A stretch of 49,704 nt of DNA, taken from positions 50,156,736 through 50,206,439 of the forward strand of contig NC_068990.1 of assembly GCF_001194135.2 (NCBI RefSeq), written 5' to 3'. The stretch's first letter is position 1; the number at the start of each line of letters is the position of its first letter. Source of the DNA: Octopus bimaculoides (lineage: Eukaryota). This document shows positions 48,738 through 49,704 of the stretch, piece after piece. A program made the position numbers and the translations under genes. The notes beneath the pieces are model-generated. The model was not told the DNA's origin. It did not search any database and saw only the letters and a program-made list of their open reading frames with translations.

Positions 48738-49179
48738 TTCGAAAACATGAAGTTTCGCAACATTGTTTACAAAATAATAGCCGATTGTTTGCAAAGGACC
48801 GTGTCTACAGTGAACACTGAGGATTTTTGCTCTGGTAACTACTGTTGTCTCCCATGTTCATGCACGACCAGCTATATGTCAGTATGAGTAGAGCAACGGA
48901 TTCAGCAAATTTGGAAATTAGTTGTGGAGAAACAGAGAATATCGTTTATATTGTGTAATCACTTGAAAATTGTTAAGTTATGGTTTAAAGTGAATTTTTA
49001 ATGCAAAAATTCACGTGTTAGGAAGCAACAAAAAAAACAAAACCAAGTGGCCGATTCCGGGTATTTTCGACCATGTAGAATCCATTGGTGCGACTCCCAG
49101 ATTGCTATCTTGTAAGGTGTGGATTTCTATAGATACAACACACACACACTCACAAACTCAGCTTTACAATATGTACTGA
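48738..49179 (-). mobile_element. 3'-truncated copy of the 32-kb Helitron family
   Basis: Same 5' end A|TCAGTACATATTGTAAAGCTGAG at 49179 and a single copy of the helicase-relic unit. Confidence 0.8.
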
Positions 49180-49189
49180 TATACAATCA

Positions 49190-49395
49190 ATCCAAACATG
49201 AACAAGCAAGAAAAAACACGAAAAAAAACAACAGCGCGAGGACGTGGAATAAGTACAGTGTTATTGGATGCTCAGGAAAGGAAAGAAAAGAAAGAGGATT
49301 TTACGTTTCGAGTAGAGCTCTTCATCAGAAATATAGAAAAAGTCCAAAGAGGGGAAGACGGAGAAAGAAAATCGCAAATGATACACACGCGGTCA
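49190..49395 (-). repeat. Dispersed repeat carrying a hammerhead-like motif (copy 2)
   Basis: Minus: ATTT-CTGATGA-A-GAG ctcta CTC-GAAAC-GTA-AAAT; core at 49302-49328. Confidence 0.65.
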
Positions 49396-49404
49396 CATAT
49401 ATAT

Positions 49405-49556
49405 ACGACGGGCTTCTTTCAGTTTCCGTCTACCAAATCCACTCACAAGGCTTTGGTCAGCCCAAGGCACGTGCCCAAGCTGCCACGCAATGGGACTAAA
49501 CTCGGAACCATGTGGTTGGTAAGCAAGCTACTTACCACACAGCCACTCCTACACCT
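49405..49556 (-). mobile_element. SINE 5' half (family of 33415-33780)
   Basis: Reverse complement of the ggagtggctgtgtggtaagtagcttgcttaccaaccacatggtt head and central block. Confidence 0.8.
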
Positions 49557-49559
49557 ATA

Positions 49560-49652
49560 AAACAGGAAAACATGCATCACCTAGGCCTGGAATTGAAACC
49601 ACTATTTTATGTTCATGAGTCCAACACCCTAACCACTAAGCCATGCACCTCA
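49560..49652 (-). mobile_element. tRNA-derived SINE head (family of 2836 and 11480)
   Basis: Reverse complement gaggtgcatggcttagtggttagggtgttggactcatga..gtggtttcaattccagg. Confidence 0.75.
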
Positions 49653-49704
49653 ACATATGTGTGTATGTATTTAGGTGTGTATGTATATATATATATATAT
49701 ATAT

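Overview
AT-rich, microsatellite-laden eukaryotic genomic DNA with 4 assembly gaps (10182-10534, 14466-15155, 26340-26391, 39876-40712). The repeat content resembles a coleoid cephalopod, probably Octopus (inference only). The only host gene I can support is an ANKRD13C-like gene on the minus strand. Five internal/3' coding exons (43541-43608, 30935-31034, 11043-11195, 7906-7934, 323-423; 451 nt, all GT-AG with compatible phases) splice into one frame matching the C-terminal third of ANKRD13C. The gene extends past both ends of the window. The introns (7.5, 3.1, 19.7 and 12.5 kb) are filled with decayed transposons: Tigger/pogo, Tc1, mariner, piggyBac, Ty3/Gypsy, several RTE LINEs, tRNA-SINEs, non-autonomous Helitrons, fold-back elements and three Penelope-like (PLE) fragments. 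Most interesting: three minimal hammerhead-ribozyme-like motifs, a Naiad-type (CxC linker) PLE, a PHD finger inserted inside the RT of the RTE family, a Helitron carrying an antisense tandem helicase relic, a fold-back element around a tRNA-like core, and several long near-perfect intronic hairpins. All alignments were done by eye and element boundaries are approximate unless TIR/TSD positions are given.
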